From: an uncultured Calditrichaceae bacterium
Lineage (GTDB): Bacteria > Calditrichota > Calditrichia > Calditrichales > J004
Length of the DNA stretch: 64,000 nt
NCBI GenBank assembly: GCA_964456445.1
Contig: CAYWBI010000001.1
Span: 49,593 to 113,592 of the forward strand
Direction of reading: 5' to 3'
The notes under the pieces were generated by a model, which worked only from the letters and a program-made list of their open reading frames with translations, was not told where the DNA came from and did no database searches. A program made the position numbers and the translations under genes. Below, piece by piece: positions 20,795-33,100 of this stretch (the first letter of the stretch is position 1; the number at the start of each line of letters is the position of its first letter).

Positions 20795-21764
20795 TTGTTA
20801 CCCTCCTTTTCCAATGGCTGTCTATTGAATAATTATAATTTTTCATTTCTTTTTTAACGATATTTTTATATTCCCTGCCCTTGTACAGCTGATCCAATGG
20901 CTTTACCAAGGGGAAAACCTGACATCCTTTGAACCATTCAAAAGGCATATTGGTTCTAAGGTCTATAAGCGCTTTATCCTCTATCGCCCAGGCAATATCG
21001 ATTAATTTAAATTTTTGGGTATCCCGTATAATAGCCAGCAATTTTGCCTGATCCACTGGGTTCTCGTAGTAGAATATCCTGGAATAAAAAAGCGCATTGT
21101 GAAAGTAATTTGGAATATTGATAATCCCATGCATGCCAAGGCGGCGACAGGCATATATCAACAACTCCAATGCTTCGGAGGCGATTCCTAACCCGGGATA
21201 TTGTTGCGAAGGCAGCCTGGGGCGCTTCTCCGAAAAGCGGCTTCGGGGGTTCTGCATCATAAGCCATTCGATGGCCAACATCCGGTATTGTTTTCCGTTT
21301 AACGGGTTTTTAAAGGGCATGGCCACTTTTAGATATTCCCGTTTGATGATCAACTCGATCAGGTTTTCATTTTTGCCGCCATGGCGATTGTTAAGCAGCA
21401 GGCGGTGCACATACGGGTCATCTGTGTTTATCACAAATTTAAGGTTTTTAAATCCCTTTTCCTGTAATTTTTCCTTCAAATGATATTTATCAAAAATTAA
21501 CGCCAGACCATGCACTGAAAAATAGCCTAAAAACAAATTGTCGCCACGTCTGCCGATATTTAAATCAAACAAATCAACCGAAGATAAATTGACGTCATCA
21601 AAATCCATGTCAAAATTAGGTACTAATAGTTTTTGCGCAATTTGCCAAAATTTTTCATTTATCCTGAATATGAGCTGACTGTTGAAAAGCTCGGGCGTCT
21701 GTTGAAAAAAACGACGAACAATGGGCTTGTAATCTTTTAACGATGTTTTATTCATTGTGTACAA
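20766..21764 (-). CDS. Hypothetical protein (possible GNAT-like Q-x-x-G-x-G/A motif QYPGLGIA)
   Basis: 332-aa ORF with no family I recognise. Its 3' end overlaps the efp start by 29 nt, and it starts 6 nt after the HDAC-family gene. Confidence 0.5.
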   Translation of the reverse strand: MYTMNKTSLKDYKPIVRRFFQQTPELFNSQLIFRINEKFWQIAQKLLVPNFDMDFDDVNLSSVDLFDLNIGRRGDNLFLGYFSVHGLALIFDKYHLKEKLQEKGFKNLKFVINTDDPYVHRLLLNNRHGGKNENLIELIIKREYLKVAMPFKNPLNGKQYRMLAIEWLMMQNPRSRFSEKRPRLPSQQYPGLGIASEALELLIYACRRLGMHGIINIPNYFHNALFYSRIFYYENPVDQAKLLAIIRDTQKFKLIDIAWAIEDKALIDLRTNMPFEWFKGCQVFPLVKPLDQLYKGREYKNIVKKEMKNYNYSIDSHWKRRVTNEDKSNSNT

Positions 21765-21769
21765 TCTTT

Positions 21770-22723
21770 TTATTTGAGTGCAGCAGCAATAAAATCATAA
21801 TAAATTTGCCAACTATCAGGGCCATACCCGCCACCGGCCAGTACAACAAGCGGCCATTTATGTTCCTCGCAAAGCTTTGCTATAAACATATTTCGTTTTA
21901 ATAATCCTGCCCGGCTGAGTTTCATGTCCCCCAGGGTATCCTTTTCATAAGGATCGCTACCCGCGATATATATAACAAATTCGGGCTCAAATTTATCAAG
22001 TATATTTTGTATGTCTTCCGCTACTGTTGCATTATAGTCTGTATCCGTTAAGTCAGAAGAAACCGTACGGTCCATATTGGCAATTGCCGGTTCATCATTC
22101 CATAGCGAGGCATGTACCGAATAAGTATAAACCGTAGGATCATCCCTGAAAATATAGCGTGTACCGTTTCCCTGGTGATAATCCAGATCTATAACCAGGA
22201 TACGTTGAACAGGCCGGGCCCCACGCAATGCCCTCACCGCAATGGCCGTATCATTAAGCAAACAAAATCCTTCTGCTTTTTCCGGGTAGGCATGATGGAA
22301 ACCGCCGCCAAGGTTAAATACAGGGACGCCGTATCGATAGGCAGCAAAAAAAGCCTTTATTGTTCCACCACAAACCGCCCTATAATATTCCAAAACAGAG
22401 TTATCGAAAATTGAATTTACTTGGATCTTTAATAATCGGTTCACAGAAAGCGGGTCCTTCAGTTTGGTAATATACCCCGCACTATGGATTTTACCTATTT
22501 GAGCGTATGTACAAGCTGTTGGTTGGAATATCTCTTTTGGCTTTAATAGTTTGTCTTCGATAAGTTTGTTACGAATCCGTTGATATTTATAAATATCAAA
22601 TGTCTGATGATCGCCATAGGTTGACAAGCCAAGTTGATAGTCGGAAGAAAAAACGATGATCGCCTTTTTCTTTTTTCTAAAAAGACGGATCAAGAGATAT
22701 TTCCCCGGCAATCGATCGTTCAA
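21770..22723 (-). CDS. Histone deacetylase-family (arginase-fold) deacetylase / acetylpolyamine amidohydrolase-like
   Basis: Motifs GGGFHHAYPEKAEGFCLLND and DLDYHQGNGT. The start is uncertain: the ATG at 22723 overlaps the upstream gene by 47 nt. Confidence 0.8.
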   Translation of the reverse strand: MNDRLPGKYLLIRLFRKKKKAIIVFSSDYQLGLSTYGDHQTFDIYKYQRIRNKLIEDKLLKPKEIFQPTACTYAQIGKIHSAGYITKLKDPLSVNRLLKIQVNSIFDNSVLEYYRAVCGGTIKAFFAAYRYGVPVFNLGGGFHHAYPEKAEGFCLLNDTAIAVRALRGARPVQRILVIDLDYHQGNGTRYIFRDDPTVYTYSVHASLWNDEPAIANMDRTVSSDLTDTDYNATVAEDIQNILDKFEPEFVIYIAGSDPYEKDTLGDMKLSRAGLLKRNMFIAKLCEEHKWPLVVLAGGGYGPDSWQIYYDFIAAALK

Positions 22724-23687
22724 AGTTTATTTTAAAATCATCAATAGGGTTATCCATGGCCAGAACCTTCATCATTTTAACAATTGTCGCTTCAATTGTC
22801 ATATCATAAGAGGGTATTGCACCGGCATTTAATGCCTTTTCTCCACCGGCATACAGGCTTAAATCCACCTTGCCATGAGCCGAACTGCTGCCGATAACCA
22901 CTGCTTTTCCGTTTTTTCGTGCATTGCCGATAAATGAAATCCACTCATCTTTAACAACCGGGATGTTCCCTGCCCCAAAGCCAATAAGTAAAAACCCTCG
23001 GATATCTTCCTGTAGGAGAAGGGCATTATAATATGCGGGTTTTGCACCTGGAAAAATATGAACGCTTAACAGACACGCGTCAAAGGCATCATCAAACCTA
23101 TAGTCCTGGTCGGTATGCCGGATCGCACCGTGGCTTATATCAAGATTTAGCTCAATCTTGCCTATTGATGGATAATTAGGCGAAATAAATGCATCGTAAT
23201 TTGAGATACTGACTTTTTTTGACCGGTTGCCACGCAACACATTTTGTCCGAAAACAATAAGTACTTCCCCGATGGGCTGAGTGGCAACCTCAATTGCATC
23301 TATTAAGTTGAGCCGGGCGTCGGTACGTAAACTGGCAAGAGGACGCTGGGCGCCGGTAAGGATTACCGGTTTTTTTAAGTTCTGCAGGGCAAAAGACAAA
23401 GCCGTGGCCGTATAGACCATGGTATCCGTTCCATGGATGATCACAAAACCATCGTAGTTGTCCATATTGGTATGTATCAGCCCGGCCAGTATTTGCCATT
23501 CTTTTATAGCAACATCGGAGCTATCCATATTAAAGGGGATAATTACATCAATTACCGCCAGTTCTTTAATTTCCGGCAAAAGCGTCAGAAGCGTATTTTG
23601 CAAGTTGGCCGGCGCCAGTGTCTGTCTGGGATGTAATGGTAGCATGCCAAAGGTACCGCCGGTATGGACTAATAATATTTTTTTCAT
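22677..23687 (-). CDS. ansA: L-asparaginase, type I (cytoplasmic) family
   Basis: 336 aa with N-terminal catalytic motif LLVHTGGTFGM and second motif IIHGTDTM. Confidence 0.8.
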   Translation of the reverse strand: MKKILLVHTGGTFGMLPLHPRQTLAPANLQNTLLTLLPEIKELAVIDVIIPFNMDSSDVAIKEWQILAGLIHTNMDNYDGFVIIHGTDTMVYTATALSFALQNLKKPVILTGAQRPLASLRTDARLNLIDAIEVATQPIGEVLIVFGQNVLRGNRSKKVSISNYDAFISPNYPSIGKIELNLDISHGAIRHTDQDYRFDDAFDACLLSVHIFPGAKPAYYNALLLQEDIRGFLLIGFGAGNIPVVKDEWISFIGNARKNGKAVVIGSSSAHGKVDLSLYAGGEKALNAGAIPSYDMTIEATIVKMMKVLAMDNPIDDFKINFERSIAGEISLDPSF

Positions 23688-23847
23688 TTTTATAAATTTA
23701 GACCAAGATCACATAATAAAAGTACATTCTGAATATATTAGATACATGTTTGTGAGACAAATTGAATACATCATCGTTAATTTAAATAAAAAAAAGAGGA
23801 AACTTCCATAATACCAGTAGGCCTAAAACGGGAGTTTCCTCAACGAT

Positions 23848-23873
23848 AAAAAAAGAGCCCGCACCGCGGGCCC
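23848..23873 (-). terminator. Rho-independent terminator of ppdK
   Basis: Minus-strand reading is GCCCGC-GGT-GCGGGC followed by TCTTTTTTT. It begins about 25 nt after the ppdK stop. Confidence 0.7.
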
Positions 23874-23897
23874 TTTGTATTTAGGGCATGTATCCGG

Positions 23898-26573
23898 TTA
23901 CTTATTAACAATTGCGGCCTGTGCGGCTGCGAGACGCGCAATGGGTACACGAAACGGCGAGCAACTTACATAGTTTAAACCGACACGGTGACAGAATTCA
24001 ATCGATTTTGGGTCGCCCCCATGTTCTCCGCAGATTCCTGTTTTAAGGTTTTCTTTTACAGAACGACCTTTCTTAACACCCATTTCCACAAGCTGGCCAA
24101 CGCCTTCCTGATCGAGCGATTGAAAGGGGTCTTCTTTTAAAATCCCCTTCTCCTGATATTCTTTTAAGAATTTTCCGGCGTCGTCACGGCTATAGCCAAA
24201 GGTCATTTGTGTTAAATCATTTGTTCCAAAGGAAAAGAAGTCCGCATCCTCAGCTATCTCATTTGCAGTTAATGCGGCGCGCGGTATTTCAATCATGGTA
24301 CCTATCAAGTAGTCAACTTTTTGTTTTTTTTCTCTGATAACAGCTTCAACGGTATTAAAAACAAGTTCTTTCTGGTTTTGGAGTTCTGCCCGTGTTCCTA
24401 CCAATGGAATCATGATTTCCGGCAAAACCTTGGTACCCTCCGACGAGAGCTGACATGCAGCCTCCATAATGGCGCGTGCCTGCATTTCCGTTATTTCCGG
24501 ATAGCTTATTCCTAAACGGCAACCACGATGCCCCAACATGGGGTTAAATTCATGTAGGGAATCAACTTTTTGTTTTACTTCATCCAGAGTGAGCCCCATT
24601 TCATTTGCCATTTCTTGCTGATTGGCGGTTTCGTGCGGCAAAAACTCATGCAAGGGCGGGTCCAATGTGCGTATTGTAACCGGAAGGTCATGCATGGCCT
24701 TAAAGATGCCATAAAAATCATCCCGCTGATAAGGGAGCAATTTTTGCAGCGCGTTCCGTCTGCCTGCCTCATCTTCGGCTAAGATCATTTCCCGCACGGC
24801 TTTAATACGGTCCCCTTCAAAGAACATATGCTCGGTACGGCACAAACCAATTCCTTCGGCGCCAAAGCCACGTGCCACTTCGGAATCGTGAGGGGTATCG
24901 GCATTGGTGCGGATATTCAACAAGCGGTATTCATCTGCCCATTCCATCAAGGTACCGAAATTGCCTGAAAGTTTTGGCTCTATCGTCGGTACTTTGCCTT
25001 CAATTACCTGGCCGGTTGAACCATTTAAAGATATCCAATCACCTTCATTATAAACCGTACCATCAACGGTCATAGTCTTTTGTTTATAATCTATTTTTAA
25101 TTCACCACAACCGGCCACACAGCAAGTCCCCATTCCACGGGCAACTACAGCGGCGTGGGAGGTCATGCCTCCACGGGCGGTTAAAATACCCCTGGCCACA
25201 TGCATACCGCCGATATCTTCCGGCGAAGTTTCGATCCGTACCAGGATAATATCTTCACCTCTTTCCGCCCAGGCTTCGGCGTCATCCGCATGAAAAACTA
25301 TTTTACCCGTAGCCGCTCCGGGGGACGCCGGCAAGGCGACGGCTATCACTTTTTTCTTGGCGTCCGGGTCAAACATAGGGTGTAAAAGCTGGTTCAGTTG
25401 TTCAGGATCTACACGCATTATCGCGGTCTCTTTGTCAATAAGTTTTTCAGCAACCATCGCAACGGCAATCCTTACAGCTGCAGCGGCGGTACGCTTGCCT
25501 GTACGGGTTTGCAACATCCATAGTTTGCCTTTTTGTATTGTGAACTCAATGTCCTGCATGTCACGGTAGTGCAATTCCAGTTTTTTATAGATTTTTTCAA
25601 GATCGGAGTAAGCGTCGGGCATAACTTCCTGAAGTGTGTTTTGGGTTTTGTCCCTGCGCGTGGACGCATTTACCGGTTGAGGCGTCCGTACCCCGGCCAC
25701 AACGTCTTCACCCTGTGCGTTTATAAGATATTCTCCGAAAAATATACGCTCGCCTGTAGCAGGGTCGCGTGTAAATGCCACCCCTGTTGCACAATCATCG
25801 CCCATATTGCCATAAACCATTGACTGAACATTTACCGCTGTTCCCCAATCGGCGGGAATCTTGTTGATTTGACGGTACCTGATGGCACGTTCATTGTTCC
25901 ATGATCCAAAAACGGCACTAATGGCGCCCCACAGTTGTTGCCACGGGTCGGTAGGGAAATCCATCCCCGTACGTTTTTTTATTTCCGATTTAAAAAGCTG
26001 GACCATTTCCTTTAATTCATCCGCTGTAAGGTCTGTGTCCTGCTCAATACCGCGCCGTTTCTTTACGGATTCGATGATAATTTCAAAAGGGTCCTCTTCT
26101 TCCTTTGACGCCGGTTTCATATCTAAAACAACATCGCCATACATTTGAACAAAACGTCTATATGAATCCCAACCAAACCGTTCATTTTGCGATTTTTCAA
26201 TGACACCAAGAACCGTTTCATCATTTAAACCCAGGTTCAGCACCGTATCCATCATACCGGGCATAGACGCGGGAGCGCCGGAGCGGACGGAAACGAGCAA
26301 AGGATTATGCAGATCGCCGAATTTTGCCCCCATAATTTTTTCTATATGCTTTACTCCGGCAGATACTTCTGCTTTAACGTCATCGTTATAGATTCCATTA
26401 TTTTTATAATATTCAGTACAAATTTCAGTAGAAATTGTAAACCCGGCAGGCACCGGCATCCCTAAGTTGGACATCTCCGCCAGGTTAGCCCCTTTCCCGC
26501 CTAAAAGCAGCTTCATTTCGCTACGTCCCTCGGCTGTACCATCTCCAAATTTATATACATACTTATGCGACAT
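23898..26573 (-). CDS. ppdK: Pyruvate, phosphate dikinase
   Basis: Phospho-His loop [15 protein letters not shown], plus CRTEHMF and [10 protein letters not shown] motifs. I prefer the ATG at 26573 ([10 protein letters not shown]) because GGAGGA lies 7 nt upstream; the track start at 26588 sits inside that SD. Confidence 0.95.
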   Translation of the reverse strand: MSHKYVYKFGDGTAEGRSEMKLLLGGKGANLAEMSNLGMPVPAGFTISTEICTEYYKNNGIYNDDVKAEVSAGVKHIEKIMGAKFGDLHNPLLVSVRSGAPASMPGMMDTVLNLGLNDETVLGVIEKSQNERFGWDSYRRFVQMYGDVVLDMKPASKEEEDPFEIIIESVKKRRGIEQDTDLTADELKEMVQLFKSEIKKRTGMDFPTDPWQQLWGAISAVFGSWNNERAIRYRQINKIPADWGTAVNVQSMVYGNMGDDCATGVAFTRDPATGERIFFGEYLINAQGEDVVAGVRTPQPVNASTRRDKTQNTLQEVMPDAYSDLEKIYKKLELHYRDMQDIEFTIQKGKLWMLQTRTGKRTAAAAVRIAVAMVAEKLIDKETAIMRVDPEQLNQLLHPMFDPDAKKKVIAVALPASPGAATGKIVFHADDAEAWAERGEDIILVRIETSPEDIGGMHVARGILTARGGMTSHAAVVARGMGTCCVAGCGELKIDYKQKTMTVDGTVYNEGDWISLNGSTGQVIEGKVPTIEPKLSGNFGTLMEWADEYRLLNIRTNADTPHDSEVARGFGAEGIGLCRTEHMFFEGDRIKAVREMILAEDEAGRRNALQKLLPYQRDDFYGIFKAMHDLPVTIRTLDPPLHEFLPHETANQQEMANEMGLTLDEVKQKVDSLHEFNPMLGHRGCRLGISYPEITEMQARAIMEAACQLSSEGTKVLPEIMIPLVGTRAELQNQKELVFNTVEAVIREKKQKVDYLIGTMIEIPRAALTANEIAEDADFFSFGTNDLTQMTFGYSRDDAGKFLKEYQEKGILKEDPFQSLDQEGVGQLVEMGVKKGRSVKENLKTGICGEHGGDPKSIEFCHRVGLNYVSCSPFRVPIARLAAAQAAIVNK

Positions 26574-27072
26574 TCGTTGATCCTCCATTATGATTAAAAG
26601 CAGGCAAAAATTTAAATCGATGTCTGCTTCTATACAAATAATAATTTTGATTGATAAAACCGTTGGAATAAAAAAATGGGAAAAAAGCTTTTGAATGAGT
26701 AACAGGTCTTTTTACCGGGGACAAAATATTTAAATAGCCGGTTCATTATAAATTATTTTCAAACTTGTCCGAGAAATAAATGAATGAATTTATATTATAA
26801 ATGTGTTAAATTAACCTTTTTGCAATAAAATACTTAAATAATATTGCCGATTAAAAACATATCAATTAAGACGGTGACTTATATCACAATGAGTAGAAGG
26901 GATAAAATCGAACTTTGTACCAATGTAAAAATTGGATGATGACCATTCTTAGATAATGTTAAATAATATGAATAAAGTTTGTTCAATTTTATTCGTATGA
27001 GACTTTGGTTTTCAGGCCAATAAATCATTTCGTTTTAAATTATTTTAAGAGAAAGTTATCGTTGTCAATTTC

Positions 27073-27080
27073 AAGGAGGA
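27073..27080 (+). promoter_or_regulatory. Shine-Dalgarno site for the AraC-type regulator
   Basis: AAGGAGGA ends 3 nt before the TTG start at 27084. Confidence 0.6.
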
Positions 27081-27083
27081 AAC

Positions 27084-27845
27084 TTGCCAGCATTAGCTAT
27101 TATTTATGAGCATGAGGATGTGCTCGAAGATTTAAATCTTGTGTTTAGGGAATTATCCGGATGGGATATTTATTGTTTTAATTCGTTAATCGGGGGGATA
27201 AGCGATTTCAATATCAGCGCACGTGAGTATGAGATAAGTTTTATAATAGTCACTACGTTGTTGGGAAACGGGATTTCAAACTCTCTTTCCCAAATCCATT
27301 CAAAATTTCCATATATTAAAATACTTTATTATGCCCATTCCCTGCAAAGCGGGGTATTTGAGCAATTTGAGTCATGTTCCATCAGGCATTGCGCTGTTGG
27401 TCAAAACAGACATGATTCATTGATAAAGCTGCTTGCGGAATTAGATGCAAATCATTGGAGAAGGATCCCATATGATTTATTTGGAATTAAATCTGATTTT
27501 TTACCGCCGAGGGCGAAACGTATTTTAAGATATCTTGAGAATATGCCGATACGCAAATGTTCCGTCGAAGAAATATCCGGGTTAATACGGATATCACAAA
27601 GTCATTTTCGTAAGGAATTTAGGACTTATTTTGGAATGAATTTTCGTCATTTTAAACAATTGCTAATAGGCCACTATGAGGAGCGGCTTTTGTTTGATGA
27701 AAATCTTCGTCCCGGACAAATTTTCGCTTTGCTCGACTATAAAAATTTATCCGCGTTCAGCCGATCGTTTCATCACCGTCATGGGAAAACCTGGCAGGAA
27801 TTAAATAGGGCCAATATGAATAAAAAGGATAGGGTCACATTGTAG
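27084..27845 (+). CDS. AraC-family transcriptional regulator with an N-terminal receiver-like (probably pseudo-receiver) domain
   Basis: The C-terminal double HTH (ISGLIRISQSHFRKEFRTYFGMNFRHFKQ...LLDYKNLSAFSRSFHHRHGKTWQE) fits AraC/XylS. The N-terminal ~120 aa has a beta-alpha pattern, but the acidic pocket positions read YEHED and IIVTTLL. TTG start. Confidence 0.8.
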   Translation: MPALAIIYEHEDVLEDLNLVFRELSGWDIYCFNSLIGGISDFNISAREYEISFIIVTTLLGNGISNSLSQIHSKFPYIKILYYAHSLQSGVFEQFESCSIRHCAVGQNRHDSLIKLLAELDANHWRRIPYDLFGIKSDFLPPRAKRILRYLENMPIRKCSVEEISGLIRISQSHFRKEFRTYFGMNFRHFKQLLIGHYEERLLFDENLRPGQIFALLDYKNLSAFSRSFHHRHGKTWQELNRANMNKKDRVTL

Positions 27846-27929
27846 TTTTAAGATAATTATTTTTTCGGCGCTCTTTTTTATGGCTTTACCGGTAGTAACC
27901 TAAGGCCAAAACAAATAACAAGGATTGAT

Positions 27930-30115
27930 ATGTCCCCTAAGAATTATCAGGATCCGCGCTTTCGCCCAACAACGCTTGTAGAACTTTTAAGATGGCGTGC
28001 TGAAACACGCCCAAATACCCGTGCCTTTACTTTTTTAGTCGATGGCAGAAAAAAAGAAGTTCAGCTTACTTACGCTGAATTAGATAAAAAAGTACGTGCT
28101 TTCGCGACCCTCTTACAAAAAAAGGGTCTTAAAGGTGAACGTGCCTTACTGCTTTTTCCACCGGGAATCGACTATATTATCGCTTTTTTTGGCTGTTTGT
28201 ACGCCGGTGTAATTGCTGTGCCCGCCTACCCACCGGACCCGAACCGGCTCAACAGGACGTTGCCCCGTTTGCAGGCCATTGTACATGACGCCCAGGCATC
28301 CATGGCCCTGACCAATGATTCCATCATGTACATGATTAAAATCCTGCGTCTTGGGAATAAATTTACCGATACAATGGAGCGGATGCCCCTGCTGCGAAAA
28401 TTCCGGACTACCATGAACTATTTTACGGCTCAAAAAACCGGTCTTGCCAATGCGCGTGAGCTTGGCGAACTGCAGTGGATTTCTTCTGACGATGTGCTGG
28501 ATAGTCTGGCCGATTCATGGCATGAGCCTGATATTAATGAAAGTACAATAGCCTTTCTTCAATATACATCCGGTTCAACCGGTACGCCAAAAGGCGTTAT
28601 GCTGACGCATGGCAATCTTCTGGCAAATTCCGCGGATATTTATACTGCTTTTGGATATCGGGAAGGTACAGAAGGTGTAATCTGGTTACCCATATATCAC
28701 GACATGGGCCTTATTGGCGGCGTGATGCAACCCATTTATGGCGGAATGTCCACAACCTTGCTTTCGCCGATCCACTTTTTACAAAAACCCATGCGCTGGC
28801 TGGAAACGATAAGCAGGATCAAAAGCGTAAATGTGGTCAGCGGCGGACCGAACTTTGCTTATGACCTCTGTGTAAAAAAAGTTACTCAAAAACATCTTGA
28901 AACACTTGATCTTAGCAATTGGTCCGTTGCCTTTAGCGGAGCCGAACCCGTGCGCTACGAGACGGTTGAACGGTTTTATAATACTTTTAAAGATAATGGG
29001 TTTAAAAAAGAGGCATTTTTATCCTGTTATGGTTTGGCGGAAGCATCGCTCTATGTGACCGGCGTTGACTATAAAGAAATCCCACCCTCCATGCACTTTG
29101 ATAAACTGGAACTTGGAAAATCAAAACTTATTTCTGTCTCGGGTAGCCATCCCAATGCACAGCACATGATTAGTTGCGGTCATCCTCCTTTGGATCAACG
29201 GGTTGAGATTGTAAACCCTCAAACATTTAAAATCGCAGAGCCGGATGAGACGGGTGAGATTTGGGTCCAGGGGCCGAATATTTCCCAGGGCTACTGGAAT
29301 CGAAAACAAGCTACGGAAGAAACCTTTGGTGCACGTATAAGCGGCAGCAATGACGGCCCTTTTTTGCGGACCGGCGATTTGGGCGCCATGGTTGACGGTG
29401 AATTATATATTACCGGACGCGTTAAAGACCTTATCATTATCAGGGGCCGGAACTATTATCCCCAGGACCTGGAATTTGTAGTGGAAAATGTTCACCAGGC
29501 CATTCGTCCGGGATGTAGCGCCGCATTTTCAATCGAAGAAGATGAACAGGAAAAATTGGTCATAGTTGCCGAAGTGCGCCAGCAAAAGAACTTACCTTTA
29601 GAAGAAATCACTGCGATGATCCGGGCTGCCGTGTCCGAAACAAACGATATCCGTGTACAAACCATTGTTTTAATAAAGGCACGTACCATTTCAAAAACAT
29701 CCAGCGGAAAAATACAGCGTCATGCGGTTAAAAATGAGTTTTTTGAAGATAAGTTAAAAATTATCCATCGCTGGGATGGGAGCAAATCAATTTCCGAAGC
29801 GGCCATCATCGATGAAATGGATGCGCGGCAACAACCTATGGAAGAGAAGGCATCGCCTTCCACAGAAATCAGCCCGGTTACCAAAAAGGGGGATTTAACC
29901 CTTGAAATCGAAGCATGGCTTGTAATGCATCTTGCCGAAACCCTCGAAGTTGACAGCGATGAAATTGACGTTAACAAACAATTTGTAACTTACGGAATGG
30001 ATTCTGCACAAGCCATTGGGCTTGTAGGCGATCTTGAAGATTATGTTCAACGGCCGCTTTCCCCAACCATAATATGGGATTATCCCAACATAAGCGCCCT
30101 GGCCGAGTATATCGG
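27930..30115 (+). other. Loading module: fatty acyl-AMP ligase (FAAL) + ACP
   Basis: See the motifs listed for the parent CDS. Borders are approximate. Confidence 0.85.
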
Positions 30116-33100
30116 CAGTGACGGTGGTGAAGCACCGGTTTTACTCAGAAAAAAACAAAGTACCCATGAAGACGAACCCATCGCGATTATCGGCTATAGC
30201 CTGCGGATGCCCAAGGCAAAAACGGCCGATGAATTTTGGGACAATTTGCGAAACGGTGTTGATTGTATCTCTGAAGTACCGGAAACGCGCTGGGATATAG
30301 ACAAGTTTTACTCGGCAGAACCGGGAACGCCGGCAAAGATGATTACACGATATGGCGGCTTCCTGGACGATGTTGATCAGTTTGACCCACAATTCTTTGG
30401 GATTTCCCCACGTGAAGCACCACATATGGACCCTCAACAACGTCTTTTGCTGGAAGTTTCTTATGAAGCCTTCGAAAATGCGGGCTACAATTTACAAACA
30501 CTCTCGGGTACGGAAACCGGCGTATATATCGGTATAAGTGGCGCGGATTACCTGCGCCTACAGGTAGGAGACTTCGAAAGGCTTAATGCTTACTCTGGCA
30601 CGGGCAATGCTTTTTGTATTGCCGCAAACCGTATTTCCTATGCTTATAACCTTAAGGGGCCGTCATTTAGCATGGATACTGCGTGTTCGTCATCGTTGGT
30701 CGCAATACATAATGCCGTTACAAGTTTGCGAAAAGGTGAATGCGAAATGGCTTGCGCCGGTGGGGTGAACCTTGTTTTGGCCCCGGATGTCACGATAACT
30801 TTTTCGCAGGCACGCATGATGTCGCCGGACGGACGGTGCCGTACTTTTGACGCAGGTGCCAACGGATACGTACGTGGTGATGGTGTAGGGGTTATAATTT
30901 TAAAAAGGCTTGAAGACGCTTTAAAAGATGGCGATCCGGTCCGCGCGATCATTCGCGGGTCAGCCGTCAACCAGGATGGTAAAAGCAATGGTATTACTGC
31001 CCCCAATGGTATCGCTCAACAACAATGTATTCGTGAAGCATTGTCCGATGCCCATGTAAAAGCTTCCGACGTAAGTTATGTGGAAACTCATGGTACCGGA
31101 ACACCGCTGGGTGACCCCATTGAGACCGAGGCCATGAAGGCGGCGATGATGGAAGGACGTTCGGATGAAGATGACTTATTTATCGGTTCCGTTAAAACAA
31201 ATATCGGTCACCTGGAATCCGCCGCCGGTATTTCCGGTATATTAAAAACCGTCCTTGCGCTGGAGCATGAAACAATCCCTAAGCATCTGCATTTTACCAA
31301 ACTGAATCCACATATTCATCTTGAAAACACACCGATAAAGATTGCCAGTGAGACCATGCATTGGTCACGAAACGGCAAGCCGAGGATCGCCGGGGTTAGT
31401 GCTTACGGTTTTGGGGGAACAAATGCCCATGTGATACTGCAGGAATCAATGGATTCGCTTGATAATCAGGTTGAAAGGGACTATTCAAATATCAACGGTC
31501 CGTATGCCCTGGCCCTTTCCGCCCACACGGAAAAAGCCGTTGCGGATATGGCCCGCTCTTATGCAAAAGCCCTTTCTGCCAAAAAATATCAGGTAAAAGA
31601 AAACTTTATTGATTTTATCTATTCCGCAAATGTTCACCGGGGCCAATTTGATCATAGTTCCGTTGTAATAGCTACAGACCGGGACGATTTACTGAAAAAG
31701 CTAAATAATTTTGAAACAACGGAAACAGTACCCGGGATAATAAAAGGCAGCTCACAAATAAACGCCCAAAATAAAACACTGTTTGTCTATTCCGGCCAGG
31801 GGCCTCAATGGTTTGCGATGGGAAGACAATTGTTGGAGAAAGAACCCGTTTTTAAACGCGCCATCCAGCAAATCAACGATCTGCTCTCAGAATATGCCGG
31901 GTGGTCCCTTATTGAAGAGCTCTCCCGTGATGAAGAAAACACACGCGTAGGCGAAACTGAAATTGCCCAACCGGCAATTTTTGCCATACAGGTAGCATTG
32001 ACCCGACTATGGGCGTCCTGGGGAGTTAAACCTGCAGCGGTTGTTGGTCATAGTGTTGGTGAAGTAGCGGCAGCTTATGTTTCCGGGACACTCAGCCTAA
32101 AAGATGCCGTTAAGGTCATCTATCACCGTGGCCGGCTGATGCAACGCGCTACGGGGTTTGGAAAAATGGCATCGGTTGATCTCTCTATCGAGAAGGCCCG
32201 TGAAGCAATCAAGGGCTACGAAGGCAAGTTAGGGGTAGGAGCTCATAACAGCCCGCAAAACACTGTATTGTCAGGTGACGCCAACGCTCTTCGTGAAGTG
32301 CTGGATAAACTCGATAAGCAAGGTATATATACGAAAATGCTGCGTGTAAACTATGCTTTTCATAGCCCGAATATGGATGCCTATAAACAGGAATTAATCG
32401 ATTCCCTGCAAGGTATTCAGATACACAGCGCGGTCATTCCGATTTATTCAACATTAAGTGGTAAACGAAGCGTGGAAACCGAATATGACCCAATTTACTG
32501 GAGCAACAATATCCGTGAAAAGGTAAGCTTCTCTGAGGCAATGGACAGTGTGTTAAAGGATGGTTATTCCATTTTTGTGGAAATAGCGCCCCACCCCGTG
32601 CTAGGAGGCTCCATCCGGCAATGTGCCGGACAGGTTAAAAAAGAAGCCACAATCGTTGCCAGTTTAAAACGGAATGCCGATGAACATGAAACTATTTACG
32701 CTGCACTAAGCGCGTTATATTGTAATGGAATACCGATAAACTGGAAAGCATTGTTCCCAGCCAACGCCCACTTTACGCCTCTGCCCAACTATCCATGGCA
32801 ACATGAACGCTACTGGTTTGAGCTAAAAGGCAATGATCCGAACAATGCGCCCATTTTTAAAAATCCGGCATCCGCTTTCAGCGGCGGGCACCCCTTATTG
32901 GGCAAGGAACGTAAAGAGCCCCTTGCCCCGGCAAAAACAGTGTTTTCCACTACCATTGACCTCGATCGTCTGAATTATCTAAAAGATCATGTGGTTCAGG
33001 ATTCCGTTGTTTTTCCGGCAGCGGCCTATATCGAAATGGCCATGTCCTCGATACATGCTTCCGATGATGAGATGGTTAAGATAGCGGATATCAACTTTTT

